DNA of 62,836 nucleotides, the filler included, from Choristocarpus tenellus KU-1152 (lineage: Eukaryota; Protista; Phaeophyceae), in assembly GCA_964200185.2 (NCBI GenBank). It is 12 parts of 12 records of this genome, joined end to end, with 100 filler letters (N's around TTAATTAATTAA, not from the genome) between each part and the next. Parts side by side here need not be neighbours in the genome. Positions count along the whole stretch, not along the records: positions 9,637 to 17,005 come from CAXNAD020006255.1; positions 17,106 to 20,064 come from CAXNAD020023360.1; positions 20,165 to 25,154 come from CAXNAD020012257.1; positions 25,255 to 27,819 come from CAXNAD020026726.1; 8 more parts are not named here. One strand, written 5' to 3'. Positions within the stretch are counted from its first letter, which is position 1. Each line of letters opens with the position of its first letter. Both the position numbers and the translations under genes were made by a program. Of the stretch, positions 12,861 through 25,303 are shown one piece after another. Below the pieces are notes generated by a model. It did not search any database. It worked only from the letters and a program-made list of their open reading frames with translations, and had not been told where the DNA came from.

Positions 12861-15800
12861 ATGTCATCCCCAGAGGCTCAGGATGAGGCGGATGGCGCGG
12901 GCCTTAAGAAACCCTTGTCGGACACGGAGGAGACTGAAGATGATTCTGGGAGCGCTATTAGTGAGGGGATTCGGCGTGACGTCCGGCCATGGCTCAATCT
13001 TGTCGATGACCTGTCCAACCTTACACACGATGCTGAGATAAGCATTCCACAGGTATGTATGTAGACACATTACCCTAGGCAGTTCTCGCGGTTCTTGAGG
13101 TTGCATTGCCATCTTTTCACCTAGGTACAAAAAAATAAATTACAGAAGATACGAGTATTTCACCGCTACTTTGATCTCCCGTTGGTGCTGGGGGGAGAAG
13201 AGTTCCTTCCGTCATGCGGTCATATGTAATTGATATTCCTTGTCGCACTGGGCCTACCTAGCCCACCAGCAATCTCCTATGCTTTGCTTGTTGACATCCA
13301 GTGTGTATTATCCTGTTGCGTTAATCTATCAACACATCTTCTCGGTCATTTAGTTGTGCCTTAATCAGGTGGTTGCGCCATAATAACTGCTGATGCTGGA
13401 ACCCGATTCGCCTTATATCAAGTGTAATTCAGTCAATTTGAAATGAGTCATTTCGAAATGTTACCCCCGCTCACTCTGTTACCTATAGATATGTGTGATG
13501 GGAGACCAGAGCAGCGGCAAGTCAAGTGTACTGGAAGCTTTGTCAGGAATACCCTTTCCCCGAGGCTCTGGGTTAGTAACCCGATGCCCGATTCGGTTGA
13601 GCATGAAACGCTCCTTGCCTGGCTCCAAGTGGAGTGCAGTGGCACACACGTCCGTTGATGCTTCCAACACGCAACAAGCCTTCAGTCCAGATGACCTTAC
13701 AAAGGTGAGAGAGTGTTGAATCTTTGCCTGCCAAGTCCATCAACACCCTGCCCGAGAGCCTCAAGACTTGGTCGGCGTGGGGTAGCCGAGAGGGGTGGCG
13801 GACTTCAGAAAGGAAGCTAGAGGGAGCTTTGGGTCATGGGTAAGAGAGAGGTATTAATCAGAACTTTGACTTGCAGAGCGGTGGAGTGTTCATGTTGCTA
13901 CCCAAAAGTTTGTTCTTGAAGCTGCACTAATCAGGGTATCCCAATCCCCCCTTCCCCCCCCCTGCTTCCACATCCCTTTTGGCATCTAGTTACTAGAACG
14001 CCTTACGGATGGATTGACAAAGTCTGTGTCCAACTTTTCAACAGATATCATCAGTGTACGTTTGTCCTCCCCTGAAGTGCCAGACTTGACTGTGGTGGAC
14101 CTGCCTGGTATTATCCGCACATCAACTGCAGGCCAAGACCCAAGGGTCATCTCGCAGGTGTGGCCAGTGGTTGAAGTGGCAATAGCTGTGGCACGAGTCA
14201 AAGAGCCTTATATGATGCAGGAGTTGATGTTGTGCTCTTCATCGGGCTTGGCATTATCTGTGTCCATGAACAACCATACCCACTCTTTGTCCTTCATATT
14301 ACTCTTTTTTTGTCTAGACTAGACCTGTTGCGCCTTTTAGCGACTCTTCTTTGTGTAGGTGATGCATAGCTTGTCCCGAAGTATATTTCAAGTGATACCT
14401 GTGTGTGGAGTTTTGTGTACTACGTAGTAAGTAGGTTTTTGATGTACAAACTTTTGTTCAGTAGGTTTGTAGTCTGACATCCGTGAACCAAGGCTTCAAG
14501 CAGCAGGTGTAGTATAACAGCGTTCTTACGTGCCACCAATGGAAAGTGCCAAATATATCATATTCTAAGCAAGATATTATTTCAAATTCCCAGCACAAGC
14601 ACCAACATCTCATGGAAAGGTCTTTCTGTGTGAGGCTACTAAGTACCTTCAACAACCATGCTAGGGGGTGCACCAATGCTTAAAAGATAAAAGACTGATT
14701 CCTTCAAGTGAAACCTAAAACTTCACACCTTTACTGCGAGCATTTTTGGGAGCGAATGTGGTGGCCTCTCTAATATTTGGATGGTGTCGCTATTTATATT
14801 GTCCAGTAGATGGTGTAAATGTCAACGCATCATAGCTTGCGTTGTTCTTCTGTGAAGCTATAGTGAACTGGCCTGGGTGGGGTGTAAGGCCCTGCACCAT
14901 TGCTTTGGTCTTGGAGAAGAATTCCCATGAAGTATGTGTATTGTGTCAACCCTCCACTGCACCATACAATAATGCACTAAGTCATACCCAATCAGGTGAA
15001 CAACATGATAGAGTCTTTCCTGGAGCAGGAGCGAACCATCATTCTTTGTGTCATACCAGCAAACCAGGTGTGAACATCTCCCTCTCCAGACCACATCCTC
15101 ACCCCCATGCACGACTCTATTTTTCCATCCCCTTTGTTACACTACTAGATATTTGCATCTGGGTGCTGCTTGTATATGCATTGGAGTTCTGCTCTGGGGG
15201 ATGGGAGTAGGATTAGCAGGTGTCAACAGTTGAGCTGTTCATTGCATCTGAAATATTGGAGGTGGTTCAGTTGTGGCTTACACTTGGACTGGATATGACT
15301 GAGTGATATGAAAAGGTCCATAGCTATTCAGTTAGGGTTAGTGTTGAGGGTTAGTGTTGAGATGGTGATGGTAATGCTACTCTGTGCTAGGTTGTACTCT
15401 ACCATTTCTTTTTTCACGTTGACCTGTGTTGGGTTGTTGCAGGATATTGCCACTGTGGATATCCTTGAGAGGGCACAGAAGGTAGACCCTGGAGGGGAGA
15501 GGACCATTGGTGTCCTCACCAAGCCAGACCTGATTGGACCAGGTAACGAAGATGAGGTGCTGGCAGTGTTACACAATGTGCGTAAGCCGCTGCAACTGGG
15601 CTATGTCATGGTCAAGAACAGGTTGGTTCTTGTTTTTGAAAAGGCATTGGTATGTTTGTTGTTTTTGTCCATCATGCACCTGTTGCATTCTTCTATGTTG
15701 GTATGCTTACTGCTTTTGTACATAGTGCATTTATTACCTCTTTTGTGTTAGGAGGTTTTTGAATATGTGTTCTTATTACAATTCTCTCTCTCTCTCTCTC

Positions 15801-16658
15801 TGCTATTTTTTAAATTTATTGTGGGGTTGATTATCTGTATCTGTGTTGGTTGTATTGTTACTGTTATTACTATTATTGACATGAAGTGTGCTGCTGAAGT
15901 GCATCACATGTCTCTGTGAAAATATATGGGGATGGAATTGTGTGAACCATGTCTTGTGTAGTGATGCCCTTCTGTTGCTGTATCTTAATTGGGCACAGAA
16001 GTCCTCTGGGTGGTTGATGTCCTGGCTTGTTGCGCTCTGTGCAAGCGCATATGATATCTACATGATGTCTACATGGTACAGCTGTTGCTCACCTAATGTA
16101 AGGGTTTTGAGTCTGTAATAGTCGTTGTTGGTATTCCTACAATGCACTAAATTCTTCAGATTCATCGTTCACACACCATCCTGTATCCCTTGTAGGATTC
16201 TCCTCCATAATTTTTCAAATTGAATCTACGTAAGTGCTGCCCCCCCCCCCTGCCCCACTGACTTCACACTAGTTTTTGCTGATATTCCCACCCCGACCCT
16301 TAACGTTTATTGCTCCACCTGCATCTGCTGGCATTCTCATACTCCCCCTTCTTTACAACCGACCCTTGCCTTGGCTCTAATCCTTTGCCACCCCACCCTA
16401 ACCCTATGACTGCGGTGACTGCCATTGATACCATGACTCTCCCTGTAGGACACAGGCGGAGCTGAAGTCTGGTATGAACAACCGGAAAGCGAGGGATGTT
16501 GAGGAGGCGTTTTTCCTCTTGCACCCGCACTTTAAGAACTGCGATCCGAATCTGTTTGGTGTGTCTAACCTCACCGAAAGACTCACACAACTTCTTGTAG
16601 CCAGGATACAACATGACTTGGTGCCTATGAAGGCTGATGTTGAGTCCGCCTTGGCAAG
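12861..16658 (+). CDS. Mx-like dynamin-superfamily GTPase (exons 12861-13052, 13489-13704, 13990-14157, 14996-15067, 15443-15621, 16449-16658; 3' end off-contig)
   Basis: G1 [21 protein letters not shown] (G2), DLTVVDLPG (G3), DIATVDIL...[16 protein letters not shown] (G4), GYVMVKNR. Splice phases are consistent. Confidence 0.92.
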
Positions 16659-17956
16659 GTGTGTATGTACATGGATGAATGTGATTTTGTTTGATTTTGT
16701 TTGATTTTGTTGATGTGACCAAAGATGGTTGTGCATTGTTTCATGGATGGATGTAGAGGTACTGTCTTACTGAGTAAATGTTCTTGGATTGTGTGCTTGT
16801 ATCATATGTTGAGGGATGTACTACTCACTCCAGAGTAGATTTTTGTTGGTGTAGTATTGATAGAAGGTAAGAATTTTATATTGAAGTATTGATAGAAGTT
16901 TTGAATGAGGAAGAGGTTGACTTGATAAAGGTAGTTGGGTCAGAGTATCTGGGGGGGGGTGTCGGCGTCCGTTTTTCACCCTTTTTTGGATTTTCACTTT
17001 TTTGGNNNNNNNNNNNNNNNNNNNNNNNNNNNNNNNNNNNNNNNNNNNNTTAATTAATTAANNNNNNNNNNNNNNNNNNNNNNNNNNNNNNNNNNNNNNN
17101 NNNNNTGATAATTATGGGGAATATTTTGCGTGTAGATTGTTGCATTTATAGGAAGATGGGGTGGGGGGGGGGGGGTGGGGGTACATAAAACCTATGTTAT
17201 ATGCTCGTATCGGCACAGATAACCTAAGGATAACACTAGGTTATTTGACTGGGGGGGGGGGTGATGTGTGTATTTCTGGTTTGGTTGGGATATTTCCTTC
17301 TGATTCTTTTCTCAGCATGTTCATTGTGGGACACATTCTATTTTCTTTGCCCTCCAGAATCACGTAACGTGCTTTACTCTGTTGCTCTTGAAAGTGTTGC
17401 TGAGATTGACACATTTTGATGGGAAGAGTCAGTCAGTGTTAACAATCGACAGCATGAGACTCTTAATGGAAACCATACGATTGGTGTGGTGAAGGAAGAG
17501 CAAATCGTCTCTTTTTTCCTGACCATTTCGAGTGGGGGATTGGAGAGTTGCCAACCAATAATATACAACCCGATTTGCTATCGATAGAGAGAGAGCAGTG
17601 TTCTACAGCAGATCGCTTCACTATCCAACCATGCACAAAGTGGTGACATCGGCATAACTGAGTCTACCCTCAGACTACTCCTCCTCCACCGTATGCATTT
17701 CCTCCTGCCCCTTTGAACCTCTCACCCAACTCTCCTTTCTGGGCGAGGATCATTCGATCTCATGCGCCGCCGACTCTTGCCCAGTTCAAAGCCGCGCCAG
17801 TTGTGATCGTTTGATTGGCCGACGTCTTGTCTCCTTATCCCCCAAGTTGCTTTTTCTGTCTGGTTGATATCTCAACTCTTATTATTTATTTATTTTTCCC
17901 CTCCCTGTTCAATGATGTTGCCGGTTTATTCTTCTCCTGGAACTCGATCTGATCAG

Positions 17957-18713
17957 ATCAGGGATCGTGAGGGTCAACTAGCATTTGGTGTACCCGAGGA
18001 GTTCCTGCCCGGTCACGCTTTCCATACATACAGCCTCAAGAGTGATGATGGAACGTAAGAACCTGTGTTGGTCATGGCGGGTGGAATTTCAAACTTTGAA
18101 TGCTTTTTTTTTTAATGTGAATGTACGTGAACAAGTAGGTAGATCAGACAGTGCTGTGGGTCTGAGGCATTGATTGTTGCAGTTGTGTTTCAACACAAAA
18201 AAGTGTTTTGGACCTTGCTCCGTGCCAACCAGTCCGTGCTTTGGTACTGAGCAAGGTGCATGGTGTTGAGAGGGTAGCCCTTGGCGTGGTGTCTTTGGCC
18301 AGTGTACAATCAAAGCAAGTGTTTTTTAGTGGCGTGGTACGCAGGCAAATTGTGTAATGCCTCGATATTTTTTGCTGTTGTTCCTATTCAACCAACATTA
18401 TGCTCGAGTACTTGAAGATGTGGCTTGGTCGTCTCCCTCGGTGGGACCTTACTTTTTCCCACTGGAAGGTACACTCTCTTACTGTTGATTGCCTCGCTGC
18501 ATCACGCCTTCCTGTAACGTTGCGACTTGGCGTCCCTTTCATCAATTCCGGGTGGGAAGTGCCGAGTTCCAGTTCCGTCACAATGTTGGAGGACGGCGGA
18601 TGTATGCAGAGGGAACTGCGGACGCAGTGAGGTTCCTGGCGGAAAAGGTCGCAGAGGGGGCTGAGAAGAAAATGTATACCATGATAGACGTGCTCAAGAT
18701 GGGCGGCATTTAG
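17957..18713 (+). CDS. dapB: 4-hydroxy-tetrahydrodipicolinate reductase (plant/algal type), last two exons 17957-18054 and 18560-18713
   Basis: IRDREGQLAFGVPEEFLPGHAFHTYSLKSDDGT|AEFQFRHNVGGRRMYAEGTADAVRFLAEK...MIDVLKMG* matches the plant-type DapB C-terminus; phase-2 intron. Confidence 0.88.
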
Positions 18714-20329
18714 CTGTCACAACTTGCTGTTGCTGAGTCGAATGACTGGACAAGTGGAGATGCCAGCCTCAAGAGTGTTTGCTCGTTTTCACTGATGATT
18801 CTTGGTGTTTTCGCCGTGCACTGAGGGTTGCTTCAAGGAGAGTGGTTTACGTTATTTGTGGCAATGACTTGGGATTGTTAGTGCAATTTCTTTTTTTAAT
18901 CTGATGCTGGGTACACAGTTGGAAGGACTTGATCCTTTGTTGCGTGTGTGGAGTCCCGGGTCTTTTGACCGTAGAACAGTATGTCACTGACTTATTTGAA
19001 AATCAACCTGTCGATAGGCAGGGGGATCCGTGCTAAGTATGTTTTGTCTATACTCGAGCTTTCTGTATTGCGACTTTGGTAATGTGTACTATGGAATGGG
19101 CAGGTCCTCAGTTGGTTTGTCTTAAGGTCTGTTGACACCTTTTTGTGGATAACCTTGCACCTTTCCCAAGCCGCCAGAATGCGAACAAGGCCTCGATTGT
19201 CTTAATTGCATTTTTTGCAGCAGTTACTACTTGCAACTAATAGTAGGGTTGAGGCTTGGTCATGGTGGTACTGGTTCTTGATTTACTGCCAAAGTGATGT
19301 GTCTTGTCTGCGAGTTTTATTCCACTTGAAACTAGAAATGGAAATTTGTGTAGAAATAAAACTCTAAATTTCCAGTACTACACAGAATCAGATGTAGAGT
19401 TTTCATGTAGCAGTCGATGGTTGAGTATTTATCTATGTTACAGTAAGAATTAGCTGGGGGAAGCACTTGTAGGGAGGGTGCTTGGTAGTTTGTATGTATT
19501 TTTCCAGTTAGTTCCATCCTCTTGAAAGTATTTTGGATCTACTTGATCCTATTTTAGTGTATGTGACTTACAGTAGTGTTGAAGAATGTAGGAATAGGCC
19601 TTTGATCTACTTAAGCTATAAAATTTGACAGGATCAAATATATATTATTGTGTGCTTATTATACAGGCATCAGCGCAACCTGTGTGATTGTTCTGATGTA
19701 GCGGTGAGGCGACAATTTGCACAAGACTGAAATTTTGAGTTATGAACTGCTACCCAACCACGTACTTGTGGAAGGAATTTATTTTGCTGGGATCCATTTG
19801 CTTCACTTTACTATTGTGCATGTTGTTATACTTCTCAGCTCAAGTCATGGTCAGTCGTGCAGATAATGAATTCTACCTAAGGAGGAGGTTTGTATTTCAA
19901 AATTGATACATACCCCCCGAGATGTAAACTACTGGAAGGAACCATGAAAGTTTATGAGGTTCGGTCCCCCCCCTAAAGGGTGGAGCGTTTACGGTGTGCC
20001 ATACTATGCTTGGAACATAGGCTAAGAGTGGGGGAGGGTGAAAACATGGGGAAAAAACAAATGGNNNNNNNNNNNNNNNNNNNNNNNNNNNNNNNNNNNN
20101 NNNNNNNNTTAATTAATTAANNNNNNNNNNNNNNNNNNNNNNNNNNNNNNNNNNNNNNNNNNNNAAAACGGACGCCGACCCCCCCCCCCAAGATACTTTG
20201 ACCCCATTTCCTAAAATATTTGTTCAACATCAGTATATTCCACTTTTCTGATCCATCACTAATCTACCGTATTCGTATTGCACACATTATCTTGCTATAT
20301 ATATATAATTCGTTCTTCATGTATGTGTA

Positions 20330-20900
20330 CTAATAACAAACAGTGTTTGGTGTGTACATTACTTCAAAGCACCTCCTTACGTGAACAAACGATGGATGCA
20401 TGTGAACAAAGTCTTGTAAACGCAAGTAGTCTAAGGTTTTCTTGTATGCTTCATGCTCTCGAACGGGTACTGACTCCGTCACCATCGCCAATTAACAAAT
20501 TCTTGTGTTGTATTCCGAGAATACTGATGGGTCCTGGGACGGCAACACATTGTCTACCATCTTTGTCCGACTCAAACGATTTGATCAATGTTAGATCTTT
20601 CACAGAGAGGGTGTTAAGGGTGTATGGGAGGTTTGTGAGTCGAGTATTGATAGAACTTATCCGTGTACCGCTCATGTTCTTGTTGGAAGATGCCTAAAGT
20701 GTCAAGACCACCAATGCATGATTGCGGAGCCATCTAGCGTTGAAGTAAAAAAAAATATTCTCCACCGCATCCTTCCTGAGGGACGTAAGTGGTGCTGGTT
20801 CATCGTACTTGCAGCTTTCCTCGAGAACTGTGAACCGGTTGGTAGATGGGGTTGCCATATTGTGAGGGGACCTGTCCCTGGGTTGAACCCCCGCCATCCC
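20330..20900 (-). mobile_element. Possible degenerate LINE relic
   Basis: STNRFTVLEE followed by IFFYFNARWLRN resembles a LINE ORF1 end plus the APE-endonuclease start; frames are interrupted. Confidence 0.25.
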
Positions 20901-22223
20901 ACCTTGCTCAATTGAGTAGCCTCCTAGGACACACCATAAACCACATTATTGGTTGGTCGAATATCGGTACTTGCCCCAGATTTCCTGTTTGGCTCTGGTT
21001 TGTTTGGGTAAGTAGCGCTACCTTTGCCCTTATTGGTCTTGTCTCTTGTTTTCTTGTCTTTGATCACTTCCTTGTTTGGTGGATCCATCCCTTAGACTGT
21101 TGGCATTGGTACCACTGTCGTGATGCAGGGTCCAATCAGTCGTTGGGGGCGTTCAGAATCACCAGTTAGTTGTGTCATGGTGGAGTGTTTTCAGCAAACC
21201 CAAGCCTCCCTCGGGCATCAAGTCTGAGGAGAAGTTTGAATGGAATCTCAGATCCGATGGGTGACGTCATATCTTTGTTACTCTCAACGACAAGTGTTTT
21301 GAGAATTATCAAGACTGTCAGGGACAGGTTCCTTTTTTGGGATCTCCGACACACACACTGTGCATAAGACGCGCGGTCATAACAAAATTGCGCGCGCCAA
21401 CCACGTCATTTTGAGCTCATCCATACCGACCAGTCCAATAAACCAATCACACCCATAAGATCCGGATTTGACCAAACATCCAAAATGGACTACCAGAACG
21501 AAGAACCATTCTGATTCTAATTAATCCATCGCTTTGCTGTGACGTTGCTGTCATTCGGGAACATCTGTTGTGTTTTAAGGTTTTGATCTGTGCTGGATTT
21601 CTTCATCTGTTCTGAGATGTTGAGCCAAGACCTTTGAAACTCGGTCTAACCCTCTGAAGTGAAGGAGTTTCAGTCCGGTGATTGTGATTGCCCCCTTGAG
21701 CAGAGAACTTGGCACCTTTGACACTTTCACAAGAATTTTTGTGTGTTTGATGTTGATGGGAACATCACCAATAAAAAATAAATGTGCGCGCAATGCACTT
21801 GTGTGTACGCACGGATATGGATTGGAGTGAGATCACTTCCCATATATGTCAGTAAAAGTGACAGACGTAAAATATTAATCTTTATCACTGTTGACATATT
21901 TCTATTATGTGCATCACCACAATCACACTATATTATTTTTTAGTCAAATGAAAATGATTGATATGGACAATAGATTATGATATTTCAAGAGAATTGATAG
22001 GGCAAAATTATAAAAATAGAGTGTTGTAATGGAACCAATCAATATGTATCTATGTATCCTTCCAATTTCAAGAGTGTTAAGGAACATGGGAGTGTATTGT
22101 TTCAGAGGTTTAAATAGGAAGTAGAGAGTAAGTGTAGGTGTAGGTCTAGGTGTTAGGCTACTGGGTCGTTGCACGTTTGAAGTGACCATACTGACTCAAA
22201 GTGATATTGGGATTTCTGTTGCT

Positions 22224-23720
22224 ATGAATTCAAGGCGGTTGGGTTATGGTTCCCTAGAGGTTGCTAATGAAAGAAAACGAGATAACGAATATGTCCTGGT
22301 CAACTCCAAGGAGTGGGAAAATAGTGAGGAGAACAAAGAGTGTCGGTTAGGTGGTGTAAGTCTGCCTGGACCGAGGCTGCGACAACGTCCATGGGCTGCA
22401 TCATTGACTGCTATAGCAATCGTGGCAGTGACAATAGGACTGGCGAACATAGCGACCTCCCCAAGGGGCGACAACCTATTACCCTTGGGTGGGGAAGAGG
22501 TGACCCTCAACGAGATCCCGAAGTCCGTTGGAGGTGGAGACAGGGTCACTGAAGTGAAGGAACAGGTGGACAATAGGTTGAAGTTCGGATCGGCTTATGA
22601 TACCCATCATAGCAATCCTTCCATGACTTTCTCGGTTTCTAATCGGTACAGCAGACGAGGGGACAAGATTGGGGAAGGTTACCCTTGGTTGTTGGACAAG
22701 AAGTTGGTGGAACCTTACCGAGACACCCGCTTTGAGGTATCCAACCCTCTGGAAGGGATGCAATACCGATGGACAACTACACCAGGAAAAGGAGATGGCG
22801 CTGAGAATGTGGTGACTGGCAATTCGGTTGAGATGCAGTTACGGATTATTGGTGAACATAATGTTACCTTGGAGGAGCTGAGCACTGGAAAAGATGGCCA
22901 GACTACCATTGTTCGGTCGTTGACTGAAACAGTGATCGTCAAGTACGTGAGGCGGGAGATCAGGTCGCTGTTTGATGACGATCGCAATGCAATGTTCGAT
23001 GCGATGAAGGTCTTGTGGGAAGTACCATACGAAGAGGGCAAGGAGATCTATGGAGAAGATTATGTGGATATTTGGACTGTTGATCATCTCCACCAGGTGG
23101 GTGGATGCGCCACCCCTCTTTCATTTGTTGGAGTAATAAGTAGGAAAGAGACTATGTTTCAGTACACGTTGGCGGATTTGTTTTAGAACGAAGCTAAATT
23201 GAGACCTGGTTCGTGGCATTGGATGTTAATATCACTACAGAAGTAAATATCCAGCTCGATACCAGAGAGGTTGCTTCTGTTTTTGCTCCCCACAAGGATC
23301 GACAGGCTAAATCCTCCGGAATGAGCTTGTAACACTTCGTTAACAGCATTTTTAGACACGAGATTGGCAGTGCTACAAGTTTTTGTGTAGGGGTAGAGCG
23401 AGGGGGGGAACATGGCGGACTTGGAAGTAAATACTGTCACTGGTGTGCCAGCTGTCCATCAACAAATTCGCTTGCGGTAATGAGATTTTGATTGTTAAGC
23501 AAGATTATCCCTTGTTACGATCTTGATGGGTGTTTTTATTGTATGGCCTCTTGCTTGTGTCCAGAAAGTATGAAGGACTTCTCTGATTTGCCCCACCCTC
23601 TCCCACGCTGTCTTCAAACTTGATTTCTGATGCACTCAACCCCCTCTTCCTTCCCCCCATGCGAATCCTATTCATCTCCTGGTCCTCACTGTTCCACAGG
23701 TTGGGGCATCAGACGTTCAG
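22224..23720 (+). CDS. Type II membrane-anchored tyrosinase-like (di-copper centre) protein, 5' part (exon 22224-23096; probable 21-nt exon 23700-23720)
   Basis: TM segment WAASLTAIAIVAVTIGLANIA, a beta-rich spacer, then KYVRREIRSLFDDDRNAMFDAMKVLW...YGEDY...DHLHQ. This is the RRE(I)RxL start of tyrosinase domains leading to the first CuA His. Confidence 0.7.
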
Positions 23721-24189
23721 GTATGATCAAGAGCTATGTTTCGAGGAGAGGTTATCTTCTTTCAACAGGGGACTTGTATCTTTGAACATGAATATCCTTC
23801 TTTACAATTGATGAATGCAAACGTATGTCTGATACGGGTCAAAGACCAACAAGATCCCAAGTATGAAGGGGCATTGCACAATGAAAAACATTTTGACAAG
23901 AGGAAGTATATTTATCGCTGCAAACGTCTATAGGCCCTCACCGTTGTTATCCAACACATCTCATCCATCTGCCCCAAGAATACTGTTCTCGTGGTTTCCC
24001 CCTCCCTCTCCTCTCTTTCCAGTGTGATCATTCACTCGCACGCCCTGCACACAAACACTGCATTTCTGCTCTATAACACACGTTTTGAGTTTTTTTTTTG
24101 AGGAAAGGGTGTGTACTTTATTGGATTTTTTTTGTTTTTTTTGTTTGTGACCTGTTTTTGAACGTTTTAAAACCGCTTAAAAAAAAAAA

Positions 24190-24645
24190 ATCTTTCACAG
24201 ACTCTCATCCATATTCTTATTTTATGCGGATGAAGTGTTTGAGTTAAAATAAAAAAAGTTCGACATGGTTCAGAAAATATCCTACGCGCACTTGTAAAAT
24301 AGACCCCAATTTCTCATGTTACTTCTCAGCATCCTTCAAAAGACAACTCCGGACCCTTCTCACTAACTTTTGAAAATTGCAAGCCCAATCTAACTCTGGA
24401 GTTCATTGATGGTGAAGGGTATCTTAGAGGGTATGAGTTTTGCCCTGTTTGTCCGTCCAATGGGTTTTAAATTACATTTTCCTACTCCAAAATGTTTCGG
24501 AGTAGGTAAAGTGTGTATGTTATGAAAAGCTGTGTCCGGAACAAGGATATTGACACTTCCTGACAAACACGATAGCCAAAATTACATCAAAACTGCAACA
24601 TTGGATTTTGACCCTCAAAATGGACACGGCTCTACCCTCCAAGAA
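24190..24645. mobile_element. Non-autonomous long-TIR element (end segment)
   Basis: 24420-24640 is the reverse complement of 49290-49540 and collinear with 47680-48409; 24200-24300 resembles 49680-49800. Confidence 0.7.
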
Positions 24646-25303
24646 AATTTTGCTCTGAGGGAGATGTGATGCAGGGGATTCTCAGGTGGTCGAGGAAGTT
24701 GCCGTTGTGTGTAGGTGAAAGGGGGTATTTTGGTGTTGGAAGGAGATGATTGATCCTCTTTTGCAACGATATTTTTTTTGGCAGCATGCCCACTGTGGCG
24801 TGTTTTCCCCCCTTCACCTTGTTCTCGTTGCTCTTAATTTTTTTTTTCATGTCCTTTCTTAAAAAAAATATTGTTCTTTTTTCGTATCTTCAAAAAAAAT
24901 TCTTGTCTTTTTAAAAGAAAATTTCATCTTTTTAATAATTTCATGTCTTTTTTATTTTTTTTCTGACGGTTACACTTCAGTCGGTATGTTCAAAAGGACG
25001 TGTTGCCTGTCCAATACCTTACGCAGTTTATTGGGTGTTTTCTCAAACACTTGGATAGTTACTAATATCTTCCTATCTCTCTCCTCCCCCCCCCCCCCCC
25101 CCCCCCCCCCTCCCTCCTTTTTTTTTTTCTCCCTCCCTCCCCCCTCCCTTGTTTNNNNNNNNNNNNNNNNNNNNNNNNNNNNNNNNNNNNNNNNNNNNTT
25201 AATTAATTAANNNNNNNNNNNNNNNNNNNNNNNNNNNNNNNNNNNNNNNNNNNNCACCCCCCCCACCCCCCTTCGCTTCCCCCCTCTTGGTTCCTGTTCC
25301 CAG

